A DNA stretch of 61,609 nucleotides, filler included, from Choristocarpus tenellus KU-1152 (taxonomy: Eukaryota > Protista > Phaeophyceae), in the NCBI GenBank assembly GCA_964200185.2. It is 6 parts of 6 records of this genome, joined end to end, with 100 filler letters (N's around TTAATTAATTAA, not from the genome) between each part and the next. Parts side by side here need not be neighbours in the genome. Positions count along the whole stretch, not along the records: positions 28,934 to 40,958 come from CAXNAD020002021.1; positions 41,059 to 48,025 come from CAXNAD020006948.1; positions 48,126 to 54,823 come from CAXNAD020007541.1; 3 more parts are not named here. The stretch is one strand, 5' to 3'. The position numbers and the translations under genes are program-made. Within the stretch, counting starts at the first letter, position 1, and every line of letters starts with the position of its first letter. The notes under the pieces are model-generated. The model saw only the letters and a list, made by a program, of their open reading frames with translations, made no database searches and had not been told where the DNA came from. Below, piece after piece: positions 37,112 to 48,219 of this stretch.

Positions 37112-40100
37112 TGTTGTAGCAAGTAACATATATTGAGTGACGAGTTATTAGTGATAGGGGATGAGTGAAAGGTGTACCACCCCCCCCGCTTGGATGGTGT
37201 TTCTCACTCCAACTTCCTACCTGCTACAACATAACGGAAGGAACTAATCTACATATTTCAATATCAAGACTTGGAATCCTACACATTCTTGAATATGCTA
37301 GCTAGCATACCTTAAAAGTGTGCTGACATCTCAAGCTAGTAGTAAAAGTGATAGACGGAGTCCTGATGGTGTCTACCATTAGTAACATGAGTATAGAAGA
37401 GATGAGAGCAACAGCAGAGCTTGTACAAGCTTCAAGAACAACTGAGGTGGCTATTCCTCGCAAGAATTTGGAGGAAGATGTTGGGCTGGAAGTCAAGGAG
37501 GATTTTTATGAAGAGGATGAGCCCGTGACGAGGAGGATTGTGATTTCAAGGACTGCGAAAGTGGACCTGCAGCGCCTCATCCCACTTCCCTCCAAGTTTG
37601 AGGTGTACAGTGGTGATGATGACGGAGAGGGATTTCCCTAGTACAAGAAAAGACTGTTAACTTGTGCTGCCATGGGTGGGTGGAAAGACGCCCTACCTAC
37701 TCACGACGACATCAGGGTGGGCCTGGTGGAAAGCAACACATCAAGGTGGACACAATGTGAAGTCCAGGAGGTGAGAATGTCATTGGCTGGCCTGGTTACG
37801 AGTGTAGGTGAACTTGTACTCGAAATCATTGACAATCACTGCAGCACTTCAGAAGGTTTTCAGACCCTAAGAGATCGTTTTGCAAGAGGCGGGATCACGG
37901 AGCATGCGATCTTGAGGACCAAGATGCTCAAACTGTGACTACCATTAAGTGAGAACCCTGCGGAGGTCATCCTACAAATTGAGAAGTTGGTGAAGAAGAT
38001 GCGGAGTCTTGGTTTCAAACCCGACGAAGAAGAACAGTTGACAGTGATACACAACTGTATTGCAGCAGATTACATTATCGAGAATCGCTAAGTTTCTGAT
38101 GTAAGACCAACCGCTCAGCTTAAACTCCAGAAGAGAGTCTGCGAAGCATACAGATTGATCAAGAGACTGGGGAACAGCGGTATTGGAATTCACAATGGAG
38201 CGCTGATGGCAAGTGGAAGCTCGACTTGGAACCATGGATCAAGCTCTGGATCATCCGCTGGACAACATGGCAAACGTACACGATGTTTCGAGTGTGGTGG
38301 ACCACACTACATGTCTGTTTGTCTGTTTGTTTCCCCACCTGTAACAGGCAAAGTTTCTGGCACCTGCTACATTTGTAGCAGACCTGGACATGAAGCACAA
38401 AATTGTCCTGGACGTGCAAAGGCTATGGCAGCAGCCAAACAACTTGTAGATGGTAATGCAGCAATTGCGCAGAGGAAGAGGCATGGTCGAGGAAAGGCAA
38501 ATGGTGGCAACAATGGACTCCCGTAGATGCTTGGAGGTTTTTCGACGATGAGGAATAAGAACATTGAAAAGTGGGATGATGTATGGTATTTTGATGCTAG
38601 GTGTTCTGCCCATATGACCAACAACCCCATTGCTTTGATGGACCAATAACCTGTTAGTGGAAAGTCTGTGACTATTGGGACAGGAAAGAAAGTTCGGGCA
38701 ACTATGGTTGGAAACTTACCTCTATGTTGTATACAGAATGGGAAGGTTTACAGTTTTGTTCTGTGCAATATGTTGTTGGTTCCAGAGCTAAAGCTCGATC
38801 TTTTCTCAATGGTCCAAACTGGACGTCAGTCTGGTGGAGAAATTATTGGCGGACGGAAAATTCTTTGAAGTTGTCCCCATTAGCTGAAGGACCTCCACTT
38901 ATTTTTACATCTACCCCTGGAAAGAATTTTGAGTTGTGCACATTGAAGGCTAGGAGGCGAAGAACGACTACAACACCTACACTATCGCATAGACCAACTA
39001 CCCCCTACCCACCTGATGAGACCAAAGTGGCATTTGTGCTTGGAGGGACAGACGCAATCTACCTCGCCCAAGATGGGACTGGAGGTATGAATTTCGCACA
39101 GGGTAGGGTTGGAAAATATCGACCTTGCCCAGGAGGGGGCTAGAGGAGTCAACTTCGTACAGGATGAGGCTATAGGTATTGACTAGCCCATGCTGGGGCT
39201 AAGATGTTGATCGAGTAGGATCGATGTTTAAGGGTACTACATCATTAGAGGGTGAGTACACTTCCCCCTGAGGGATTGAAGTGAATGTCATTGTCACAGA
39301 GTGGATTGTTGGAGGGGAGGGACCCACCTCAAAGATGGCACCGCCTGTTGTTGATCCAGGGGGGTCAACGAGTACGACTGCAACATCAGAGGTCAGTCTT
39401 GAGGAACTGGGGGGAAATTATGCATATACCATCATCCCAGCGGGGACTGTTGAGAGGGAGGAGCTCGCCTCAAGGATGGAAACTGGTAATTTTCAACTCG
39501 CATCAACATCAGGCAATGGTGAGTGAAAGTATCTTAGAGGGTTCAAATTTTGCCCTGTTTGTCCGTCTTGGACGTGGATTCCCATGGGCTTTTAATGACA
39601 TTTTACCTACTCCAAAATATTTCGGGTAGGTAAAATGTATACACCATGAAAAGGTGTGTCCGGGACAAGGATATTGACATCTTCTAACAAACATGATAGC
39701 CAAAATTACATGAAAATTGGAACATTAGATTTTGGCCCCCAAATGGACACGTCTCTACCCTCTAAGGTACTTTGACTCTGGTGGGCCTAATGAACTCACC
39801 CAGGGTGGGGCTGGAGCTTTTATCATGGTCTCATGGGGCCCGAGTGGAGTGATGCAACCTAATATTCGAGTGGATATCAACCAGATGCACACGCAGCTAG
39901 GTCACTGCCATGAGGCAATGGTATGCACTTATGCCAAGGATTGTGGGATCCATTTAACTAGGGAGTGGCAACAGTACTCCAAGGGGTGCGTTATTGGCAA
40001 GACCCATCTGAAACCAGTACCCATAGTAATGGAAAGTAAGTCTGAACGACGTTTGGGACAGATGTTTATCAATCTGAGTAGACCAAAGCCAAGGGCGAGC

Positions 40101-40484
40101 AGCCCAGGTGGATACCTTTATAAGATGTAGATGGTGTGTGACAAGACAGCATGAAATGGAATCGGTTTCTGCGAGTCAAGAATGAAACTGCACTGATGTT
40201 TGGGATTTATTCGAGATGTGACTGATGTGCACATTAAGTGCATGAGGACTGGTGAGGGGATGGAGTTCAAGAATGGGGACTTCGAGGGGGTGTTGGATGA
40301 ACACAAGATTCGACATGAGTACACCATTCTGGGTACCCCCAAATTGAATGGGAGAGTTGAACACACGATGGCACTGACAGTGGAGAGGGGACTGATCATG
40401 ATGCACGCGGCTGGATTGGAGGATCATTTGAGTTTGTGGTGTGCAATTAACCTTGAAAATATTACTACTACCTCCATGCCATAA
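37112..40484 (+). mobile_element. Degenerate Ty1/copia element: LTR-like 37112-37290, gag, protease, pre-integrase, integrase; 3' truncated
   Basis: Two zinc knuckles (CFECGGPHYMSVC, CYICSRPGHEAQNC); protease WYFDARCSAHMT near 38585; GAG-pre-integrase MHTQLGH...GK; integrase IKCMRTGEGMEF...TPKLNGRVEH. Contains stops and frameshifts and is interrupted by a MITE. Confidence 0.9.
39521..39778 (-). mobile_element. MITE copy 2 (258 bp) inserted in copia pol, 4-bp TSD TGGT
   Basis: TIRs GAGTGAAAGTATCTTAGAGGGT and ACCCTCTAAGGTACTTTGACTC; TGGT at 39517-39520 and 39779-39782. Confidence 0.92.
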
Positions 40485-40592
40485 GTCTGTGCCGCGTTGT
40501 CCATATGTTTTGAAGATGTTGATGAAATTCATTTCTGAAAGAAGATTTGGAATCCTTGATGAATTTCTGGTTAGGTTCATCTCTTATTATTA

Positions 40593-40958
40593 TTACTCCC
40601 CATCCATCTTAATTTTATCAGTCACAGAAAAAGCCTCCGTGTCTACCTTCGGTGTGTTCTCAAGTTCATCAGACAACTGCCTCTTCCTTACCCCTGTGTG
40701 CTCCATACTGAAGTCATTCCTCCCTTTGTGTCTAAGTAATTGAATGTACACCCAAAAAAGGAACTGCCAAGCCCTCTCAAGTGTAGTTTCATCATACTTC
40801 TTACACTGTTTCTTAACGACCTTCACCATCTCCTCAACAGACCCAAACCGCTCCCTCATCACCCAGCATTTCAAAGACCTGAAGAAGCACAGGTCCATGA
40901 TATTGAGTTCGAGGGAGTTAGATGGCTCTGTCACAGGCCTAATTGACCCCCCCTCAGT
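40593..40958 (-). mobile_element. Mariner-like transposase C-terminal fragment
   Basis: TEPSNSLELNIMDLCFFRSLK...TLERAW...GRNDFSMEH matches the QPPNSPDLNVLDLGFF...GGNxYxIPH consensus. It runs into the linker. Confidence 0.85.
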
Positions 40959-41058
40959 NNNNNNNNNNNNNNNNNNNNNNNNNNNNNNNNNNNNNNNNNN
41001 NNTTAATTAATTAANNNNNNNNNNNNNNNNNNNNNNNNNNNNNNNNNNNNNNNNNNNN
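40959..41058. other. Artificial contig linker
   Basis: N44-TTAATTAATTAA-N44. Confidence 0.97.
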
Positions 41059-41405
41059 TAGGACGTTTGGTGGTTGTGTGTTGTTGGTTGGGTGGGTAGT
41101 TCCGTGGGGTTAAGACTGTCCCTGACTGGTCCATTATCTGTCCAAGATGTTGACTTCAGATGGTGCTCTCCGATTGTACTGTGGTTCTGTGTTATCCACA
41201 GTAGCAAGACGACCTCTCACAACTAAGAAGAAGATCTGATCGAAACTTAATATTGTTATCAAAATTAAAAAATCATAACCCCACCAACAAAACAGCCTAA
41301 TCGCTAAACCCCTAACCCTACCCCAGACCTTGAAGGTTATCCCTCCAAAAAGAAGTATTCGGAAAAGTGTTTTAAGACGATGTCTTGTGACGATGTCAAC
41401 CTTAC

Positions 41406-43327
41406 CGGTAAACACGAACGGCTGTTTCCTGCACGCCAAACCCTTTCGCCCATTGTAGGTACAGTGGCCAGATCTGGAAGAATGGGGACAATCAGGGGGA
41501 GGGGGGAGGTGGAGGCTAAGCACACAGCCTGCATTGCACTCTTACGTACACAGTAATTGCAAACATTGAAAGCATGCATTCCAGCGGTGAAAAGGAGGCC
41601 TACACTTAAACAGGACAGTGGACACATATTGCGCCATTCAACAATTGCTGCAGTTGAAGTACCTGCCATAAAAAAAACGTAACCGGCCATGACTCCTTTC
41701 CAAAGTCTCATAGAGGGACCTGCCTGGAACACTCCAAGCACAACAACAGGAGCGCTCAACAAGTAAACGCAAAGGTTTTTGCGAAATTACATACTTTCAG
41801 AGCATGCACCACTAATACGCATACACGAGGTACATACTATAGGAGAACAGACAAAGAAGCGGCAATGTACAAGAGGTTGTCAATAGACACCTTTTCGTGC
41901 TGCGTGATTGGCAGCGCCTGAAGCGCCCGGTCAAAAGTACGACGAGCCTTTGTTCCCACCCGCATTTTCACCAAGAACTCCAGGTATTGTATCCACAGAC
42001 GAGGCATCTTGTGGAGATGTACCTTTTATTGGCATGTATTATATGCAACACAGTACAACAAAGGAGTCGGTGTTTCTTCCGCAAAAAGTGCATAAAAAAA
42101 AACTTGAAAAAAATATTGCGTCTCTCATGAGCACTGTAGTATCCATAGTAGCATAATTTGTGAGAGTTCAGAAGCAGCACCATTGTTAGTGTTATTACTA
42201 TTGACTTGAACATGCACTATTTGGTGTGGCAGCATACACATCAAGTACAAAACTAGTCTCACGAAGTTGAATAATTCCAACGGCATCAACACAAGAACCA
42301 GCTAAGCGAAGTACTGAAACTGAACAAGCTGCTGTCAGTCGGGGTTGGAGGACTGAGAAGATCAGAGTGGGTGATAAATCGGAGAGCCTAGATGAGAGGA
42401 AGATGAAAACAAATCTTGGAACATGACTAGATCAAGACGGGAAAGTGACACAGGGAGAGCTGAAGAGTGCAAGCTAAGGTGTATCTCACCAGAGCACGCT
42501 CATGGGTATTGATTACAATCTTGCATGCAGGGTCCGTTACTCGCTTTCCCTCCACCGCTGTCCTCCTCTCTGTGAGGTACTGATGCCACAATTTGTAACT
42601 GCAGAGAGTATGGGGTCTGGATGTCAGGTGAAAAGGTGGAGTGCACCCGACAGTGGTGGTGGCTGATAGTTGAACGATGAAGTTTGGGGCAAGCTGGAAG
42701 GAGGCTCTGCACTTCATATAATAGTAAGTGTCGTCTGCTCTCCCTTGTCAAATGAATATATCGCACTTTTGTGTGTGAAAGATCTGCATGGACAATTCAC
42801 GCTCACGAGCACCAATGTCACATGTGAGTACCCAATGGCGGCGACAGTTGCTTAGATGGGCGCGTCAAAACAGAGCAAGGGGAAAATCCGCCCATGGAAG
42901 TGGGGATGAACACCTTTTCGGGGTCAAAGGTGATGACACCAATGATAGTTGACACAACATAGCACGAAGGAGGGGTGTGGAGCGAGAGTACACTATGGGA
43001 GAACGAACATATGGCAACTAGCTCCCTCGTTGCCCAATGCAACTATCATCATTAAGTTGAACATAACCGCCAACCATCGATAAATCACACAAGCAACAAT
43101 ACAAGAAGCGTCACCAAGCAACTCATCTCTCGTACTTGCCTGTTAGGCAGGAACTTGAGAGCGCGCTCGTGTATGACATTTCGCGTCTTCTTTCGCGCTC
43201 CTTCCTTTGCCTGGAGATATCTCCACCACGACTTTAGGCGGTACGGGTTTCTGGAAATTTCCTCCTCGAATTCCAGGTCCTTCTCATTCTCAAGGAACTC
43301 CTTGATGTCTGTTCCCACGGTCTTCAT
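41406..43327 (-). CDS. SYF1: Pre-mRNA splicing factor SYF1/XAB2, first 4 exons, truncated by the contig end
   Basis: Exons 43327-43140 (DLEFEEEISRNPYRLKSWWRYL...HERALKFLPN), 42598-42490 (SYKLWHQYL...HERAL), 42022-41891 (HKMPRLWIQY...RRTFDRALQALPITQH) and 41473-41406 (IWPLYL...ETAVRVYR). HAT repeats. Intron 1 has a GC donor. Confidence 0.96.
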
Positions 43328-43783
43328 AGCTGGATGCAATAATAAACAACAGCAGCAGTTCAAAGAAACAGTGGAAGTGGAGCAGTGATTGACCACTACC
43401 TAGACCGCTACAACTAAAGCGCAAGGGTTTAACTTCCTTCAACAAGATTTTATCAGGTATTGAACCCAGCAGCGAGGTCTAGCCAACCAAATGTCAACAC
43501 TATCAACAAGGTGCAGATTCTTCCTGAAAAAACGTCAATCTTGAGAAAACAAGGCCTTGAGCCAATATATATGAAGTGGATCACGACAACCCGAACCTCA
43601 CCGTCGTAGCCGACACTTGAAAACTGAGATGGTCCTCAAACACACCTTTGTTGTGGGTTGAGCAGGTTTCATATAACTTTGAAGGCTATGCACCTTGTAC
43701 ATTTCTCTGATTGAATTGTGTCACCTTTGTATAGTTGAGCGACTGGATTTGTCAGTGCTGCCCCCCTTGACCGCCTCATTGCA

Positions 43784-45751
43784 ATGATGAAGTTGGTTTC
43801 CTTAACTTTCCTCGTGGTGTGGGGGTTTATCTGTGCTGAGAGGGCATGGTCATTCGCGATTCCAGCATCTCATCAATTGCTTGTGGGGAAGGGGTTGGGA
43901 ACCGTGCAATCACGCGTTTGCCCTACGAGAGAAAACGGGTGTTCCAGTGTATTGAAAAGGATTAAGAGGTCAAGAGGGGAAGCTCTTCATATGCGTGGTG
44001 GTCTCGGGAACGAGGTTCCCGTGGGAAGTCGCATTCTTGGGACTCTCCCCTAGTGAGTACATGTACTACGATGTGTTGCTTCAAGATGCAAATACCTTTT
44101 TGTGTCGAGAGACGGCCACAGTGGCATTCCACACTTCACATCTTGGAAAGTGTTGGAGAATAAATTATGCTTCTTCCATAGACTTGAAGTTTCGTCGCGG
44201 TAGACAAGATATGTAATAGAATGAGTGGAGGTCCTCGCTAATCATGTTTCAATACCGTAGCCAACAAACGAGAGGAACCCTTCTCAGTGCCCTGCCTACA
44301 TGGAGTCCAGCCTCCTCTGGTGTCAATCTCTTTCCTCTGTGTTCATCTAATTCAGTCTCCTACCAGTGCTGGACGGATTGGACAATGGCAAATATTTGTT
44401 CAAGTTATTCCCCGGATTAAGGGACACGATGTACACTATGCTTATGCCTGGAATCGCACTGTGGGAGCATATACCGTTTCTCCCATTGGTGGTGTTCATC
44501 TTGCTCACGATTTTTGCCCGTCAACCAGGAGTACCGCGGTGAGTGAAACGCTCTGTATATTCTCTCGTGGCTAGCGACAAGCGGTGTAGTTCAGGATATC
44601 GTTGTGTTGTCCTCGTGTTGCCTGCTCATGATCCGTTAGTCCCACATTGCAATGACCTGAGCTTAGTATTAGAATGCAACGAAGTGCACCGCCGTATTAA
44701 GCAGAAAACAACCCAACTTCAATCCGTAATTCTCATGGCCCATCACTTTCTGGATAGTTGTACTTGTAGGGTTACCGTTGGATAGTTGAAGTAGCACGCT
44801 GATGCAGTATCTAATCTTTTAAGAAACAGGATCAGCCTATTGGTCTTGGCATCAAAGAAGGAAAGATGTGTGAGTTGATGAGGTGAGACCCCCTGTGCTC
44901 AGAGAAATTATCCTTGCTAAACTGACCTGGGCTTCGCATCAGAGATATGGAGGTATGTGTAATGTTGTTGGGATGGAATCAGGGCAACTGGTTTGTATGA
45001 GCCTATGACCTGTTCAAGCTGGTGACAACAGCAGACAGATGCCAAGTACACTTCAATATTAAATTTTTACGCCCTCATTCTGTCTGTGACTCCTCTTCAT
45101 GCCACTTTTTTTGTTGGAAGACTTATTCGCTTCAATATTCAACAAGCCATTTTGGTGGACCTTGGCCTAGTATTGTTTAGCCTGCTTGACAGCCTGCTCA
45201 GCTTCTTGGTACCCATGGGAGAGGCTTCATTTACAAACTTCACCTTCTACTGCCTCATGGCAGCCATCCTCTATGCCACCACTGAGAACATGAGTGGAAG
45301 GGTGCCCAACCAGGTGGACAGTGCTTGTTACTGTTGTTTGCATGTGTCTGCTTCCATATCAGCAAAATGTGTTGTTATCTTTTGTGCACTTAACAAAGGG
45401 GGATTTGTCTTTCACTGAAGCTATTATAACATGTCTATGGAACCTGTGCTTGTGCAGAGTGGGGAGTAGGGGGGAGGAACAAAACTACATTCTGCAAGTA
45501 ATCTTTTTGTATTTGCATCTGACTTTCTTGTGTTTGTATGATTACAGGTAGATCTTACGGTACAGGATTGATCTTTTATCTTGGTGTGCCCTCCACTTGC
45601 TCTCCCCGTGATGTTTTTTTATTGTCTTCGATCATTAAATTCTCTTTTTTTTATTTCTCTGACTGGCCAATCTCCCATCCTCCCACCCTTGAACCCTGAA
45701 CAGATTCCCCTCATCTCTGCAGTGGCCGAGATGCAAATTGGTCCCAACTGA
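43784..45751 (+). CDS. TIC20: Tic20/Ycf60-family plastid inner-envelope translocon protein with bipartite presequence, 4 exons
   Basis: Exons 43784-44052, 44356-44538, 45121-45313 and 45704-45751: SRILGTLPYLLPVLDGL...PRLIRFNIQQAILVD...GRVPNQIPLISAVAEMQI*. The N-terminal signal peptide ends AWS-FAI (ASAFAP-like), followed by a basic transit region. Confidence 0.9.
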
Positions 45752-48025
45752 GTGGAAAGACCTGGTTTTGCAAAAGCTGCATGCCGATCCGGCCTAAATC
45801 ACCCCACCAGTCCCTTCAACCCCTTTGTGCAGATTGATCCAGAATGCTCTAGCAGCAGGGTTGAAGGTGGAGCGGCTATCTGTGTGCTGCACTTTGTTTA
45901 TAGGTACCATTGTAACCATGTGCATGTGTTGTTTAGACTGATTTTGTGGAGCTTATTGCTACGTTGGCACCTATTAAATGCAATGTAACGTCTCCAATGT
46001 GTGCCCTTTCCACCCAAGACCAGCTGTTGGTACTGCGCCTTTCCCAAATATTAGTACATGAATCCAAAGCCCACTGGAACACTTCTGGATAAGGTAATAG
46101 CAGTTGACATTTTGTCACTTTTTCCTTTGGAATGTTGCCAAGGCTCGAGGTGCTGGGATGTTTTGCAGAAATTCCCGGTATGTTATTTGCACCAAGGTTA
46201 CTGTAGTGTGATTGGCGTAAGATGTTCCTTTTCGCACCATGCCACTCAGCCCTCTACCTCTTGTTTTTTGAGGGTAACGACACTTGCTTGCGGGCTAGTG
46301 TGTGCGCAGTAGTCAATCATTATGTATCCATGTTCCATAGGTTGCAACGGTGTTGGGTCTGGTGTTGGATTGCTCCGTCCATGCCATGGCATCACAGACT
46401 TAATGCGCATTAATGCCAGCAACTTCGGACGAGTGTATTGGATTGAGAGTCTTGTATGGTTGTGGATGGGTACTGTTTGTGTGTATGCGGAGGGATATAT
46501 ATACCCCGTCTGTTGCTACATCATCTATGCCATGGAAGCAATAGACATGCAGCTGGCAAGATGAATGAAATAGTGTAGGGGGATAGGAAAGGCTGGGAAT
46601 GCTTGTGCACCTCAGGTCTGCTTACTGTTATAGTATGGCTAGAGTTTATGAGATGAGGACTGAGTTTTTTTTCATTGAGGTTGAGTTCATTCTGGCTATT
46701 CTTTGCTGTGCTGATTTAGTTTTATTTGGAGTGTGTGGTCAGGGGGCAGAATGCAGGGGGGGGTTTGAAGCAAACCAGGAGGCCATTGGTGCCCACCGAA
46801 TACATCCCATGATACATGAAAGATAAAGGTGTTTTGTGAAAAGAATGCTGTTTTCTGATCTGATTGGAACTGGGCGTGCAAGGAAGCAGGAGTGTATGAT
46901 GCCACAATTGGTACTTGACTGAGCAGGGACTGGAGGAGGATGCAGTACAAATTTCAAATCTGCCATTCGTTTAGCCGCAGTAACTTAAAGCTAGACTTAT
47001 CGACCGACTGCTGTACAATGATGGCTACATACATCTACTCCAGACCCTGTTATATAGGTTTAATTGAATTTATATTTTCACTTTGAAAACAACCCCCACT
47101 CGCCCTGTTACCTTGATTCTGTAAATTCTACTCTGGGAGTATAATTAATAATAATAAAGGAGGAGTCTCACACGATCCCCTTGACTAGTTGCGAATATCA
47201 TAGAGTCCCATGTCCGAGCTGGGGTTACATATTTATGGTATAGAGCAGAAGAGTGACCTCTTCCGTACATGCTCTCGTTCTCTTCATAATATCCTTTGTT
47301 GCTTTTATCAACTTTGCTGATTTACAAAATGCCTGTAATTGGTCTAAAAATTGGCGTAAACAAATAACAACTACGGCAAGAAAGACCTACGATACTCACT
47401 GCTTTTCGCAACGTAAGATGCTAACTACTGCTGAAAAATAATTGAGGTCGCCCTTTCTTGCAGACACGTTTTTACGGTGTATTGGGTTTTTCTCTAACCT
47501 GGGGGGTAAGTACGTCCAGATGCTTGAGGAACAGACATTTTCCACGCGTGCTTGCTTCAATCGTCTTGAGAGGAACTAAAAAAGATGGTCGTTTTCACAC
47601 CATTGGAGGTGCTTAAATCAAAGATACGTCATCACCTTACTAGAACTTTCCCATGTCTTACGCATGTACGTAAATATTTAGCATCCTAGGTCACAACACA
47701 ATAGTTCAGAGTTTTTTATTCATCAACAGATTTCACAAACTTGAACCTATTTTCGTTAGAGTTAGGATCAAATAGTCAATATAATAGTATATGTTCGACC
47801 AATTGCATTTCTTGTTATACGTTGTATCTGAACGAGGCAGCTTTCGATCAGCCCAAGGGGCTGAGAAATCCACCTGAGAGCAAGTGAGACTTGCACAAGC
47901 AAAACAGGATCTTGGAGATCAGCAATCAAGCTGGAATGGTAAGTGATATCGCAAAGTGTGGAAAGCATGTTTGTCTATTATTATACTGTATTGCTCGTAT
48001 GCCATATACCGTTATACCGTGGTAC

Positions 48026-48125
48026 NNNNNNNNNNNNNNNNNNNNNNNNNNNNNNNNNNNNNNNNNNNNTTAATTAATTAANNNNNNNNNNNNNNNNNNN
48101 NNNNNNNNNNNNNNNNNNNNNNNNN
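48026..48125. other. Artificial contig linker
   Basis: N44-TTAATTAATTAA-N44. Confidence 0.97.
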
Positions 48126-48197
48126 CACCTGCTCTCTACCCTATCACATAATCCACCAGTGGTGTCTATAGTGTATCAGCAGCACTACCTACGAACA
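48126..48197 (-). repeat. End of an LTR-like repeat, copy of 28764-28833
   Basis: Near-identical reverse-complement match. Confidence 0.75.
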
Positions 48198-48219
48198 GTG
48201 GGATCTCAGAGAACTGGCC

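Noticed and set aside
14889-43327. ACIN1 and SYF1 as a splicing-factor gene cluster
   Set aside because: They sit on different contigs separated by three artificial linkers, so linkage is not established.
47000-48025. Possible plus-strand exons before the linker
   Set aside because: Isolated splice-like sites only; no consistent frame or recognisable motif.
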